A stretch of 64,000 bases of DNA, from the IMG/VR virus record IMGVR_UViG_3300021960_009431; one strand, written 5' to 3'. This stretch comes from a virus. The first letter of the stretch is position 1. Every line of letters starts with the position of its first letter. Under the pieces are notes generated by a model that ran no database searches, had not been told where the DNA came from, and saw nothing but the letters and a program-made list of their open reading frames with translations. The position numbers and the translations under genes are program-made. Positions 19,245 through 28,441 of this stretch are shown in pieces.

Positions 19245-19576
19245 TGAAATATGTAATTGATATTGATGGAACCATATGCGAAGAAATTATCTTAGCAGAT
19301 GGGAAGAAAGATTATGCTAATCATATTCCTGATATGAAGCGAATAAGAAAAGTAAATCGATTATTTGATCTAGGTCATACGATTAAGTATATGACTGCTA
19401 GAGGGTGTGTAAGTGGTATTGACTATTATGATTTAACTAAGAAGCAATTAGATGATTGGGGATGTAAGTATCATGAGCTTAGCGTAGGAGAAAAAGAGAA
19501 CTACGATGTATGGATAGATGATAAAGCATTCTGGTCAGAGAACTTCTTTAGAGAGACAGGAGCATCATATGAGTGA
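19244..19576 (+). CDS. Cap-less HAD phosphatase (capsule biosynthesis phosphatase-like)
   Basis: DIDGTIC, TARG, K, IDDKA. Confidence 0.85.
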   Translation: MKYVIDIDGTICEEIILADGKKDYANHIPDMKRIRKVNRLFDLGHTIKYMTARGCVSGIDYYDLTKKQLDDWGCKYHELSVGEKENYDVWIDDKAFWSENFFRETGASYE

Positions 19577-19720
19577 AAACTATTGCACGACAAAAGGTCT
19601 AGGTTGGGCCTTCTTAATTATTATTATTGGAATGGCAGGCCTGCCTATTCTTGGGTCAGCAATCGCTTATCCGGATAACTGTAAACAATCAATTCTCATT
19701 CCTTGTCTGGGATTAGAATA

Positions 19721-20509
19721 ATGAATAAGTTTATTGCTGCAATGGATCATAGCGGAGGTTCTACTGGAGGAGTCCTAGAGAGATACGGGCAACAGTATAC
19801 AGAAGATAATAAGATGGACTTGGTCCATGAGATGCGTCTTCGTATGGTTAACTCTCCTGATTTTACTAGAGATAATATCTGGGCTGCGATACTATACAAA
19901 GATACTATCGATAAAGGTATGGTTCCTGTTCTAAAGAATAAAGGAATAGAAGCTATCTGTAAGATTGACTCAGGTTGTGAAGAGGATGGTACTCTAAAAG
20001 ACTTTGATATTGATGCAATGATTCAGTATTCAGTAAGTAATGGCTGCTATGGTACTAAGATGAGAAGTATTGTAAAGACAGAAAATATTATGATTCCTCT
20101 ACTAAAACAACAATTCGAATTAGCAAAAGAAATAGCATCTATAGGTCTTGTTCCGATCATTGAACCAGAAGTTCCTATTGATCATCCTAATAAAGCAAAT
20201 ATCGAATCCTGGTTATTAGAATATCTTAAAATACTATTAAGAGATTTTAGTTCGCATTGCATACTTAAATTAACACTCCCTGAGGTGCCAAACTTATATA
20301 AAGAATTAGATAGTGAATGGGTAAAACTAGTTGGTCTCAGTGGAGGGTATACAACGAAAGAAGCATGCAGTCGTCTTGCTGTTAACGATAATATGACAGC
20401 AAGCTTTTCTAGGGCGCTTAGCGAAGGACTATATATTAGTCAGAGTGATAAAGAATTTAACCAAAAAATATCTGATAATATCAGAGAAATAAACAAAGCA
20501 GGGATGTAA
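19721..20509 (+). CDS. fda: Fructose-bisphosphate aldolase class I (bacterial Fda type)
   Basis: FIAAMDHSGGST, GTKMRS, PIIEPEV, LKLTLP (Schiff-base Lys), LSGGY, ASFSRAL. Confidence 0.92.
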   Translation: MNKFIAAMDHSGGSTGGVLERYGQQYTEDNKMDLVHEMRLRMVNSPDFTRDNIWAAILYKDTIDKGMVPVLKNKGIEAICKIDSGCEEDGTLKDFDIDAMIQYSVSNGCYGTKMRSIVKTENIMIPLLKQQFELAKEIASIGLVPIIEPEVPIDHPNKANIESWLLEYLKILLRDFSSHCILKLTLPEVPNLYKELDSEWVKLVGLSGGYTTKEACSRLAVNDNMTASFSRALSEGLYISQSDKEFNQKISDNIREINKAGM

Positions 20510-20865
20510 TGATACTAAGAACAGCATTTATTTTAAGTCTATTAGCCTCACCTTTATTTGCAAATGACAAAGCTTTTAAGAAATGTAAAGCTTGTCATAG
20601 TATAGAGGAAGGTGCGAAGAATGGTACTGGTCCGAACCTATGGAACATAATGAATCGCGGTACAGGTGTCAACGAAGACTACAAGTATAGCAAGAAGTTT
20701 CTAAAATGGGCTGAAGAGAATCCTGTGTGGACTGTAGAGTTGATGGATCAATGGCTTACAAATAGTAAGAAGACAGTGAAAGGCACTAAGATGAATTACA
20801 GAGAAAAGAAAGAGAATAAACGTGCAGAAATTATTGAATATCTTCAAAGCATGGGTGAAGAATAA
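20509..20865 (+). CDS. Cytochrome c2-family class I cytochrome c
   Basis: Signal peptide, CKACH heme motif, GPNL, GTKM distal Met. Confidence 0.93.
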   Translation: MILRTAFILSLLASPLFANDKAFKKCKACHSIEEGAKNGTGPNLWNIMNRGTGVNEDYKYSKKFLKWAEENPVWTVELMDQWLTNSKKTVKGTKMNYREKKENKRAEIIEYLQSMGEE

Positions 20866-21227
20866 TGAATTATAAAAATAAACCTATTGGGTGGGCAACT
20901 ACCCTTACAGGACTTGCAAGTCTTCCACGAGAGATGTGGGACAGTGTAATGACAATCGAGAACTCTCCGCTTCGGAAACTAGATCCTATGGTAGCACATA
21001 TGATCTTTCAATGCCTGTTCTTTATTTGGAGTGGCCTGTTTGCTGTAATGGTTGGCAGTTTTATAGCGTTTGGCATTAGCGCAGCAATTCATGTCCTATT
21101 GATCACTGGTATTACAATTACGGCTGTAACATTCCGTCAAGCTGAAAACAATCCAGACTCAATTAATAAATTACTACAGTCAGGATCTAAGTATAATGGC
21201 CGTTCAGCAGATGGAGAACATTACTGA
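20865..21227 (+). CDS. Conserved membrane protein (2 TM)
   Basis: W.SVM....PLR..D....HM.FQ.L..W; hydrophobic. Confidence 0.6.
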   Translation: MNYKNKPIGWATTLTGLASLPREMWDSVMTIENSPLRKLDPMVAHMIFQCLFFIWSGLFAVMVGSFIAFGISAAIHVLLITGITITAVTFRQAENNPDSINKLLQSGSKYNGRSADGEHY

Positions 21228-21427
21228 TGAAAGAACAATTAGTCAAAGCAGCACGGATGCATGCCGAAGGTGAACTAGAACGTGCGAAAACTAACATTAT
21301 GGTTTATATGAACCAGTCAGTTGGTATTGGAGAACATAGCGATATTGTAGAAGCCATTCAAGAAGAATTAGATAAGATGGCAGCAGCGACAGATCGTATT
21401 GAAATGCTAGAAAGACACTTCGAATGA
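21227..21427 (+). CDS. Conserved T4-like phage hypothetical protein
   Basis: HAEG...A..N..VY....VGIGEHSDI. Confidence 0.75.
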   Translation: MKEQLVKAARMHAEGELERAKTNIMVYMNQSVGIGEHSDIVEAIQEELDKMAAATDRIEMLERHFE

Positions 21428-21428
21428 A

Positions 21429-22037
21429 ATGAATATTATTGATGCATTCCCATCTCCGATTAGTTATAATAAGAATGTTCTAACGCTAGAACAATCGAAA
21501 TCTATTGTAAAATTTTGTGATGATCATTCAGAATTATTTCATGAGCATCCTAAACTTAACAGTTATTCACGTACAACATACAGCAATACATCTATAGATT
21601 CGAATGCATTGTTTGTTAAAATGTTTGTTGATCTAGTTGATGGTGGATTAGATATTATTGAGAATGTGAATGCATTAGCTAATGAGTACTCTGATAAGAT
21701 AGGTTCAGTACCTGTTAAATTAACAGATATGCTCATTACTATACAAGACAAAGGAGGTATGGTATTACCTCATCAACACGGAAAAGCTTTGCATTCAGTC
21801 GTCTTGTATGCGCATACTTCAGAAGATTCGAATAACATATATTTTTATAATCCTAACCCATATACAAGTCTTAACCATTATACAGAGAATAATAAGTACT
21901 CTCATTTATATTACAATTTTAATCCACAGATAGGTGATTGTATTATTTTTCCGGGATGGATGTCTCATGGCACTCATAATGAGATTAATAATATGAACGG
22001 TCGTATAGTTCTTAACTTTAACTATACAGATATGTAG
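21429..22037 (+). CDS. 2OG-Fe(II) oxygenase
   Basis: FPSPI, HQH, F.NPNP, IFPGWMSHG, RIVLNFN. Confidence 0.85.
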   Translation: MNIIDAFPSPISYNKNVLTLEQSKSIVKFCDDHSELFHEHPKLNSYSRTTYSNTSIDSNALFVKMFVDLVDGGLDIIENVNALANEYSDKIGSVPVKLTDMLITIQDKGGMVLPHQHGKALHSVVLYAHTSEDSNNIYFYNPNPYTSLNHYTENNKYSHLYYNFNPQIGDCIIFPGWMSHGTHNEINNMNGRIVLNFNYTDM

Positions 22038-22047
22038 AAAGAAGAAA

Positions 22048-22284
22048 ATGAGTGAAATAAGCTCTATTGTTAATATATCAATGTTAGAAGGCGTAAGTAG
22101 AAATATGCCTTTTAATACACCTAATGAACAACAATCATTAAAGGGTGCGAGTAATAAGATGCCTTTTAATAATGATTCAACTCAACAAGATTATAAGTCA
22201 GAAATCTATTATAATTACAATTCTAGAGGTGAGAGAGTAATGATTCAACAGGTAGGCCAGAAGGTTAATATAACAGTCATATGA
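22048..22284 (+). CDS. Hypothetical protein with internal duplication
   Basis: GVSRNMPFN / GASNKMPFN repeat; YNSRGE..GQKVNITV C-terminus. Confidence 0.55.
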   Translation: MSEISSIVNISMLEGVSRNMPFNTPNEQQSLKGASNKMPFNNDSTQQDYKSEIYYNYNSRGERVMIQQVGQKVNITVI

Positions 22285-22514
22285 TAGTAGTAACAGGCAT
22301 TATAGACGATAAACGTTACGAGAAGACATTCAACTGTGTATTAGATGCTATGGATTATAGAGATCATCTAGATGCACATTATGCCAGGAAAGTAAATATG
22401 CGAATCTTTTCGTAATCTAGCAAAGTATAGAGATTCATTGGGATTATCGGTCCCTCCCCAAGAGAATATAGCGTAGCCCCTCTCTCCTAAGTGCTCTCTA
22501 GTGGGAAATAGTAC

Positions 22515-22633
22515 TTGCACTACAATCAGTTAGAGTATATAATCATCGTGTAGATGTTAAAGAAAAAAAATACTAACCTATTGATAACTAACGAAACCTT
22601 TTAGTTGCACTATGTCTCATAAGATACGATAAT
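22515..22633 (+). promoter_or_regulatory. Two tandem early promoters
   Basis: TTGCAC-N17-TATAAT (22515-22543) and TTGCAC-N17-GATAAT (22605-22633). Confidence 0.8.
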
Positions 22634-22660
22634 AAGTTATCAAATGAGGAGATATACATT

Positions 22661-22996
22661 ATGAAAGTTACAGTATTCCATAAAGACTTCGAAGATAACA
22701 GCTTCACTCGCGTTGCAGTAGTTAATGTTCCAGAGACATATGCTGACGATGATTCAGCTGCTCTTGAGTATGCTTATCGTTATACTAATAATGTAGTAGG
22801 TAGCTGGTCTATGAAGATTGGTGGCGATGCTAACGATAATGTAGAAGTAACTGCTCCTCTTCATGTAACAGATGATGGCCGTACTATGGGTCTTCGTTCT
22901 TCTATGATGGGTGATCGCTTCTATGTTGAAGGTGGTGATGCTTATGAGTGTGCGATGCTTGGGTTCGAGGCTCTTCCAGTATTGGAGGATGTATAA
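22661..22996 (+). CDS. Hypothetical early protein
   Basis: RBS GAGGAG; LEYAYRYTNN..GSWS..RSSMMGD motif. Confidence 0.75.
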   Translation: MKVTVFHKDFEDNSFTRVAVVNVPETYADDDSAALEYAYRYTNNVVGSWSMKIGGDANDNVEVTAPLHVTDDGRTMGLRSSMMGDRFYVEGGDAYECAMLGFEALPVLEDV

Positions 22997-23206
22997 TGGG
23001 TGCGCTAGTAGGTTGTGCATTGTTCTTTATCGTATTAGTTGTAGTAACAGCAGTCGTTGAGGGCTTCTTTATAAAATGAAATGGTTCTTTCTTGGCATGC
23101 TGGTAATGGCTCTTATGGACCATACCGGCTTTATGTCTGGTACGTATCTAATAGAGCTCATACAGAGCATCATACTAGCAATAGCGAATTGGGTAACAAC
23201 ATTATA

Positions 23207-23359
23207 ATGGATGATAATATGACAGATGAGCAGTTGATTAAAGAGTGGCTTGAGAAGAACGAAGTGACAGAGTGTGAACCGTTCGAGCGTACTTGTCCTG
23301 AACAGCTGGTGTGGAAGCGTACTAAAGGTACTAAGAAGCAACAGAAGAAGAAGTCCTGA
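23207..23359 (+). CDS. Small hypothetical protein
   Basis: Likely true start of track ORF 23081..23359; two short hydrophobic ORFs (22996-23079, 23076-23207) fill the upstream space. Confidence 0.5.
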   Translation: MDDNMTDEQLIKEWLEKNEVTECEPFERTCPEQLVWKRTKGTKKQQKKKS

Positions 23360-23513
23360 AAGAGGCCGCGTATAAAAAAGTTTCTAGAGAGAGAACCATA
23401 TACGGGGGGCGATACGCAAAGCTGTCTCTAGTGAGTTTACTTCCCCTATATAAAACGAAACCAAAAGCCGCAGAGAAAATTTGCGCGCGGAAAAATAGGA
23501 GTTTACCATCCCC

Positions 23514-23720
23514 ATGTTTTTAGAGTTATACGTCGATTGGCCAATGGTACTATTTTATACTGTAGGTACTATATTTGGCCTCTGGGTAGGTCGTAAGATG
23601 AAGAGTGATGAAGTTGTAGAGAATACAATTGACTATCTCATAGAGAATAAACTGGTGCGCTGGAAACAAGATGAAAATGGTGAAATAGAGTTGTTGCAGA
23701 TAGATGATAAAAGTATTTGA
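23514..23720 (+). CDS. Small membrane protein
   Basis: RBS AGGAG, TM helix, ENTIDYLIEN. Confidence 0.6.
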   Translation: MFLELYVDWPMVLFYTVGTIFGLWVGRKMKSDEVVENTIDYLIENKLVRWKQDENGEIELLQIDDKSI

Positions 23721-24273
23721 AAACTTACTATCAGCTGAGCTTGCTGATGAGATTGAGAATGAGCTTCTTGGTGGCTCTCATGAATGGTATTTAATGGGTA
23801 ATGTGACATATGATGATGTACCAGGAGTAGATGATGTACAAGCTGGCTTCAATCATTCACATATTCAATATAGTCAAGTAACTTCCAAAAGAGTATTTCG
23901 CTATCTAACTATTCCTTATACAGTAATTGCTAAATTAGATATTAGTGTGTCTAATATAACTCATGGCAGAGCATGGTTGCATTATCCATCTCTTAAACCT
24001 GGTACATTTAATAGTATGCATAATGATCAGACCGAACCACATATATCAATTATATACTATGTAAATGATTCAGATGGTGATACTATATTCTTTGATAAAG
24101 AGGATAGAGAAACTATCATACACAGGCAGACACCTAAAAAGAATACTGCAGTAATATTCTCTGGTGATATACCGCATTGTTCTTCTACGCCGTCTAAATG
24201 GAGAAGTGTATTTAATTTTGTTATAGAGCCTGTAGATTGGCAAAAAGAAGTGCAGAAACTAGTTGCCTTATGA
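23704..24273 (+). CDS. 2OG-Fe(II) oxygenase
   Basis: HND, IIYYVNDSDGDT.FF, PKKN..IF.G...HCSSTP, R.V.N. Confidence 0.9.
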   Translation: MIKVFENLLSAELADEIENELLGGSHEWYLMGNVTYDDVPGVDDVQAGFNHSHIQYSQVTSKRVFRYLTIPYTVIAKLDISVSNITHGRAWLHYPSLKPGTFNSMHNDQTEPHISIIYYVNDSDGDTIFFDKEDRETIIHRQTPKKNTAVIFSGDIPHCSSTPSKWRSVFNFVIEPVDWQKEVQKLVAL

Positions 24274-24291
24274 TTGAAAAGTTCCGATAAT
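24263..24291 (+). promoter_or_regulatory. Early promoter
   Basis: AG-TTGCCT-N17-GATAAT, RBS GAGGAG. Confidence 0.75.
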
Positions 24292-24320
24292 ATTATTATA
24301 GTAAGTGAGGAGACTATATT

Positions 24321-24959
24321 ATGATATATGCAACTTCGGATAGACCTTATGTAGAGAAGTGTAGAGCTCTTGGTTGGGATGATGATACTACTCAGAAGTA
24401 TCTAAATTATCGTACTAAACGTTCTAGTACTATTCGTAGAGGTCGTACTGCATTTAAAGATTCTAACCAATCTAAGGTATATAAGTCTGAATACAAATAT
24501 CATAAGACTCACGGTTATGGTCAGAAGTATAAGACTATCGAAGAATGTGAGAAGTATGTAAAGCGTATTACTAAGTCCAAGCTGTGGGCCGAGCTTTGTG
24601 GTGGTGATCGTAAAGTCATTACAGTAGCTAGTTTTAGAGCGCGCCGCTGGGCTGGAATGGCTTACGGCAGTCATATTAACCTCTCTGTATCTGGTTATAA
24701 TCAATACGTAATACTTCATGAGCTTGCTCACTGTTGCGGTAACATGCATCATGATGTGTCTTTCCGCCGAGACTTAGTGAGACTAATCTCTCGCTTTCTA
24801 GGACGCGAACAAGCTAAGCATCTTAAGCAGTGTTTTCTTAGCGACGGTCTTAAGATGACTATTAAGTCTACTGTTAAGGAGCCTGAAGTATGGCTCGCTT
24901 CATTTAATAAAATGGCCGCTATGCGGCGCAAGTTGCCTTCGGCAAGTCAGGAGTCCTAA
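24321..24959 (+). CDS. HExxH zinc metallopeptidase-like protein (TIGR04338/SprT-like)
   Basis: DSNQSKVY.SE, VILHELAH-x5-HH..SF. Confidence 0.8.
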   Translation: MIYATSDRPYVEKCRALGWDDDTTQKYLNYRTKRSSTIRRGRTAFKDSNQSKVYKSEYKYHKTHGYGQKYKTIEECEKYVKRITKSKLWAELCGGDRKVITVASFRARRWAGMAYGSHINLSVSGYNQYVILHELAHCCGNMHHDVSFRRDLVRLISRFLGREQAKHLKQCFLSDGLKMTIKSTVKEPEVWLASFNKMAAMRRKLPSASQES

Positions 24960-24960
24960 T

Positions 24961-25152
24961 ATGAAGGTCTGGTCTTCTGATATTATTAAAACGAAAGGGC
25001 ATTGGGCTACCGGTACTGTATGGAATGTCTTATCGTCTAATAAGAAAGACTCTTATAGTATTGAGATGTCTGACCGAGGCTTTACGTGTGACTGTCCTGC
25101 GTTTCGAAAATGTAAGCATATAAAAGAAGTAGAAGAGAGATTTGCTATATGA
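24961..25152 (+). CDS. SWIM zinc-finger protein
   Basis: CDCP..CKHI. Confidence 0.8.
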   Translation: MKVWSSDIIKTKGHWATGTVWNVLSSNKKDSYSIEMSDRGFTCDCPAFRKCKHIKEVEERFAI

Positions 25153-25829
25153 GCATAGTTCCAATAAAAAATTTAGGTGCTAGTATTGGTCGCACTACTC
25201 TTGATGATAGTTTGATTGAAGATCTTATACAGCATTCGGAAAACTTACATAGAAGAGCTAATGGGTCTCTAGCTGGTAAAATTGAAGACGAAAAATTTTA
25301 TGAAGAAGAAAGTAGAGCATACTTCGAGAAACAATTATTAACTTATGCTGTTAACTTTTATGATGAGTGTGAAAAAGATAAAGGTTTTGTAGTTGATATA
25401 GAATTAAAAAAAATGGCTCAGTGGAGATTAGACGCTCTATGGGTTAATAGACAAGAACCTGGCGAGTATAATCCTATACATGAGCATTCTGGTAATATCT
25501 CATTTGTTATATACTTGCAAATACCTCACGGTATGTATGAAGAGGTAAATCCAACAAACGGTAGCCCTCCAGGATCTATTTCTTTTCGCTACGGCTCAGA
25601 TAATAGAATGTATCCAGCATGGCCTGGAACGGATGGGAAGCTTTCTGAAAGATATGTAATATCGGAATTAGAAACGCCGTTGCGACCATTAACTAATCTT
25701 GAGCTTAAACCAGAAGTAGGAGAAATGTTTATCTTTCCTTCTTTTTTAGCACACAGTGTAGAAGCTTTTTACAGTCCGGGAACAAGAATATCTGTTTCTG
25801 GTAATTTTAGTTTAGATTTTATAAAATGA
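25149..25829 (+). CDS. 2OG-Fe(II) oxygenase
   Basis: WVN.Q..GEYNPIHEH, SFVIYL, IFPS.L.H.V, RISVSGN. Confidence 0.88.
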   Translation: MSIVPIKNLGASIGRTTLDDSLIEDLIQHSENLHRRANGSLAGKIEDEKFYEEESRAYFEKQLLTYAVNFYDECEKDKGFVVDIELKKMAQWRLDALWVNRQEPGEYNPIHEHSGNISFVIYLQIPHGMYEEVNPTNGSPPGSISFRYGSDNRMYPAWPGTDGKLSERYVISELETPLRPLTNLELKPEVGEMFIFPSFLAHSVEAFYSPGTRISVSGNFSLDFIK

Positions 25830-26503
25830 ATGATTTAATATTATTTCCAAGCTTGCCAAGATCAGGCTCTACTCTTTTATCTAGTATACTGAATCAACAT
25901 CCACAAGTGTATGTTACCCAGACGTCAAATTTTGTTGATGTATTATGGAAAAATAATTCATGCTGGGAAAGTAATACACCTGAATCTAATGTAAGTTATT
26001 TTACAAATATAAAAGATGACTATTTAAAACAAATAACTAATTTATATTTTTCTCACTATACAGATAAAGATATAATTGTGGATAAAAGCCGTTATTGGTT
26101 TAATCTCAATAATTTACATATGTACTATACAGTGTATGGAAAATATCCTAAAATAATTTGCACTGTAAGAGATAGAGATGAAATAATTAACTCGTTTATT
26201 AATGTAGCACAAAAGAGTCTTATTACTTTTAATGGACATCATCAAAGAAATTTAATAGATAAATTTTATAATGAGTATCAACAAATTAAAAAAACTCATT
26301 TTAAAGACTGTTTTCACTATATTGAATATAATTCGATTGTAGATGATACTGATAGTGTAATGAAACAGCTTTGTAAATATTTAGAAATATCAGATTTTAA
26401 ATTTGATTATAATAATGTTGAATCTAATTTAGAAGCAGAGTTAGATAGTATGATAGGATTTAAAAATTTACATTATGTTCGTAATGAGATAAAAAGGAGA
26501 TAA
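25826..26503 (+). CDS. Sulfotransferase-family protein
   Basis: LPRSGSTLLSSILNQHP PAPS loop, DKSR.W, KII..VRD...I..S. Confidence 0.85.
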   Translation: MNDLILFPSLPRSGSTLLSSILNQHPQVYVTQTSNFVDVLWKNNSCWESNTPESNVSYFTNIKDDYLKQITNLYFSHYTDKDIIVDKSRYWFNLNNLHMYYTVYGKYPKIICTVRDRDEIINSFINVAQKSLITFNGHHQRNLIDKFYNEYQQIKKTHFKDCFHYIEYNSIVDDTDSVMKQLCKYLEISDFKFDYNNVESNLEAELDSMIGFKNLHYVRNEIKRR

Positions 26504-26505
26504 TA

Positions 26506-26799
26506 ATGGCTAAACGAGGAGAGCTAAAACCTGTAGATGCAGATGAGTACCGTATTCGCTCTAATGCGAAGTATTATACTGTAGTTGGATTTAGACCTGG
26601 AGAAGGTAGAAAGCTTTTTCAGACGTTTGAGAATTTATTATGGGCTAAAGAATATTGTAAGGAGCTGTTACGTGATGGTTCTTTACGTCTTCGTGCTACA
26701 ATGATATATGCTGTCGATGAATATGATCGTAATGCATTAGTTGGTACTATGAACTTAGATGAAATTTGGAAAGATGTGGAGGTTAAACGTTATGCGTGA
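26506..26799 (+). CDS. Hypothetical protein
   Basis: RBS AGGAG; 97 aa. Confidence 0.6.
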   Translation: MAKRGELKPVDADEYRIRSNAKYYTVVGFRPGEGRKLFQTFENLLWAKEYCKELLRDGSLRLRATMIYAVDEYDRNALVGTMNLDEIWKDVEVKRYA

Positions 26800-27052
26800 A
26801 GAGCTAATTACTAAATTAAAGGAAAATGTTTGTGTAGTTTCTTTCAAGAAGAAAGATGGAACTAATCGTAATATGAAATGCACTCTTAAAGAGAGTGTTG
26901 TTCCAAAAGCAACTAAAGAAGATCCTTTATCACAAAAAAAGATTCGTGCTTTAAATGAAGAAGTAGTCCCTGTATGGGATGTTGAGAAAGAAGGTTGGCG
27001 TTCTTTTAGAGTTGATTCAGTTATAACAATTGGTATTTGTACTGAAGCATGA
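26792..27052 (+). CDS. WYL-like Sm/SH3 beta-barrel protein (WYL_2/DUF2693)
   Basis: V.F.KKDGT.R.M.CTL..VWDVEKEGWRSFR. Confidence 0.8.
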   Translation: MREELITKLKENVCVVSFKKKDGTNRNMKCTLKESVVPKATKEDPLSQKKIRALNEEVVPVWDVEKEGWRSFRVDSVITIGICTEA

Positions 27053-27266
27053 CTCAGGAGCGTTATTATACGTATATGTTACGGAGGTATAAAGAGCATA
27101 TGAAAGAACTTAGAGAAGATCGTATGGATGAAAAAAAGCTTAACGTTGCTATCCATCATTATGCAGAAACTCATAGTATGACAAATGAACAAGTACATAA
27201 TATGATTCAAGAAAGTGCAGCAGCTAAGCAACTAGTAATTAATTACTATTGGGAAAAATTTACTTT

Positions 27267-28049
27267 ATGAGAATTATTGCTGGTCCATGTCAACATGAAT
27301 CACTTGAGCAGTCATTAGAGATTGCTCGAGTATGTAAATGGGTTTGTGATCAATACGGCTTTGAATATATTTTTAAAGCATCATTCGATAAAGCTAATCG
27401 TACTTCTATGAACGGTATTAGAGGTGCTGGACTTATTAATACACTAAACGACTTTAGAAGATTAAAAGATGCAATACCAAATCTTAAAATTCTTACAGAT
27501 GTACATGATGTAGACCAAATTGAAAAGTTAGAGATGGATGAATTCTGTGGCTTAGTAGATGTATTACAAATTCCAGCTTTCTTATGCCGGCAAACAGATC
27601 TTATTCGCAAAGCTTGCGAGACTGATTGTATTGTTAATATTAAGAAAGGCCAGTTTCTTGCACCATGGGACATAAAAGGTATATTATCTAAAACAGAAGG
27701 TGCTAAAGAAGTATGGATAACTGAAAGAGGAACTAGTTTTGGTTATAATAATCTTGTTGTCGATTTTAATGGTTTGCAGTACATGCTTGATAACTATAGC
27801 GTTCCGATTGTATTTGATGCAACACACTCGTGCCAGAAACCTGGTGGAAGCGGTGAAAGTTCAGGTGGCAATCGTGCTTGGGTCCCAGGGCTCACTCGTG
27901 CTGCTTCTGCTTTGGGCATATCTAACTTCTTCTTAGAAGTGCATCCAGATCCAGATAACGCACCCAGTGATGGTCCTAATATGATTAAGTTAGAAAATTT
28001 TCAATCAGTAATAGATAGTATAGATAGGTTTAAAAATGAAAGCAGGTAA
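27267..28049 (+). CDS. kdsA: KDO-8-phosphate synthase, metal-dependent type
   Basis: AGPC..ES, KASFDKANRTS, QIPAFLCRQTDL, KKGQFL, ERGTSFGY, DATHS, E.HPDP..A.SDG. Confidence 0.96.
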   Translation: MRIIAGPCQHESLEQSLEIARVCKWVCDQYGFEYIFKASFDKANRTSMNGIRGAGLINTLNDFRRLKDAIPNLKILTDVHDVDQIEKLEMDEFCGLVDVLQIPAFLCRQTDLIRKACETDCIVNIKKGQFLAPWDIKGILSKTEGAKEVWITERGTSFGYNNLVVDFNGLQYMLDNYSVPIVFDATHSCQKPGGSGESSGGNRAWVPGLTRAASALGISNFFLEVHPDPDNAPSDGPNMIKLENFQSVIDSIDRFKNESR

Positions 28050-28383
28050 AGTATGGGGGATGACAGAGCTCGTTGAAGCTAATGGTGCTCTTGAATTTCA
28101 TCGGATCGAGATGAATAAAGGTGGTGTATGTAGTAAACACTTGCACGAGTTTAAGTGGAATGGTTTTTATGTAGAGTCAGGTCGTATGCTTATTCGTGTA
28201 TGGCAGAAAGATTATGATTTAGTAGATGAAACTATTCTTGAACCTGGTGATTATACAAAAGTTAAACCTGGAGTCTATCATCAGTTTGAATGTCTTGAAG
28301 ATGGTGTAGCGTTTGAACTATATTGGGCTGAGTTTAACCATAGCGATATTAAACGTGAAACAGTAGGTTTTTCTCAAAAATAA
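28036..28383 (+). CDS. Cupin protein (sugar isomerase-like)
   Basis: K.WG, CSKHLH..K.NGFYV.SG, PGVYHQF; coupled to kdsA. Confidence 0.75.
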   Translation: MKAGKVWGMTELVEANGALEFHRIEMNKGGVCSKHLHEFKWNGFYVESGRMLIRVWQKDYDLVDETILEPGDYTKVKPGVYHQFECLEDGVAFELYWAEFNHSDIKRETVGFSQK

Positions 28384-28386
28384 TAG

Positions 28387-28416
28387 TTGCCTTTTAAGTA
28401 AAAGGTATTATATTAT
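28387..28416 (+). promoter_or_regulatory. Early promoter
   Basis: AG-TTGCCT-N16/18-TATATT/TATTAT, RBS GAGGAG. Confidence 0.72.
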
Positions 28417-28441
28417 ATATTATAGATAGAGGAGAATATCA

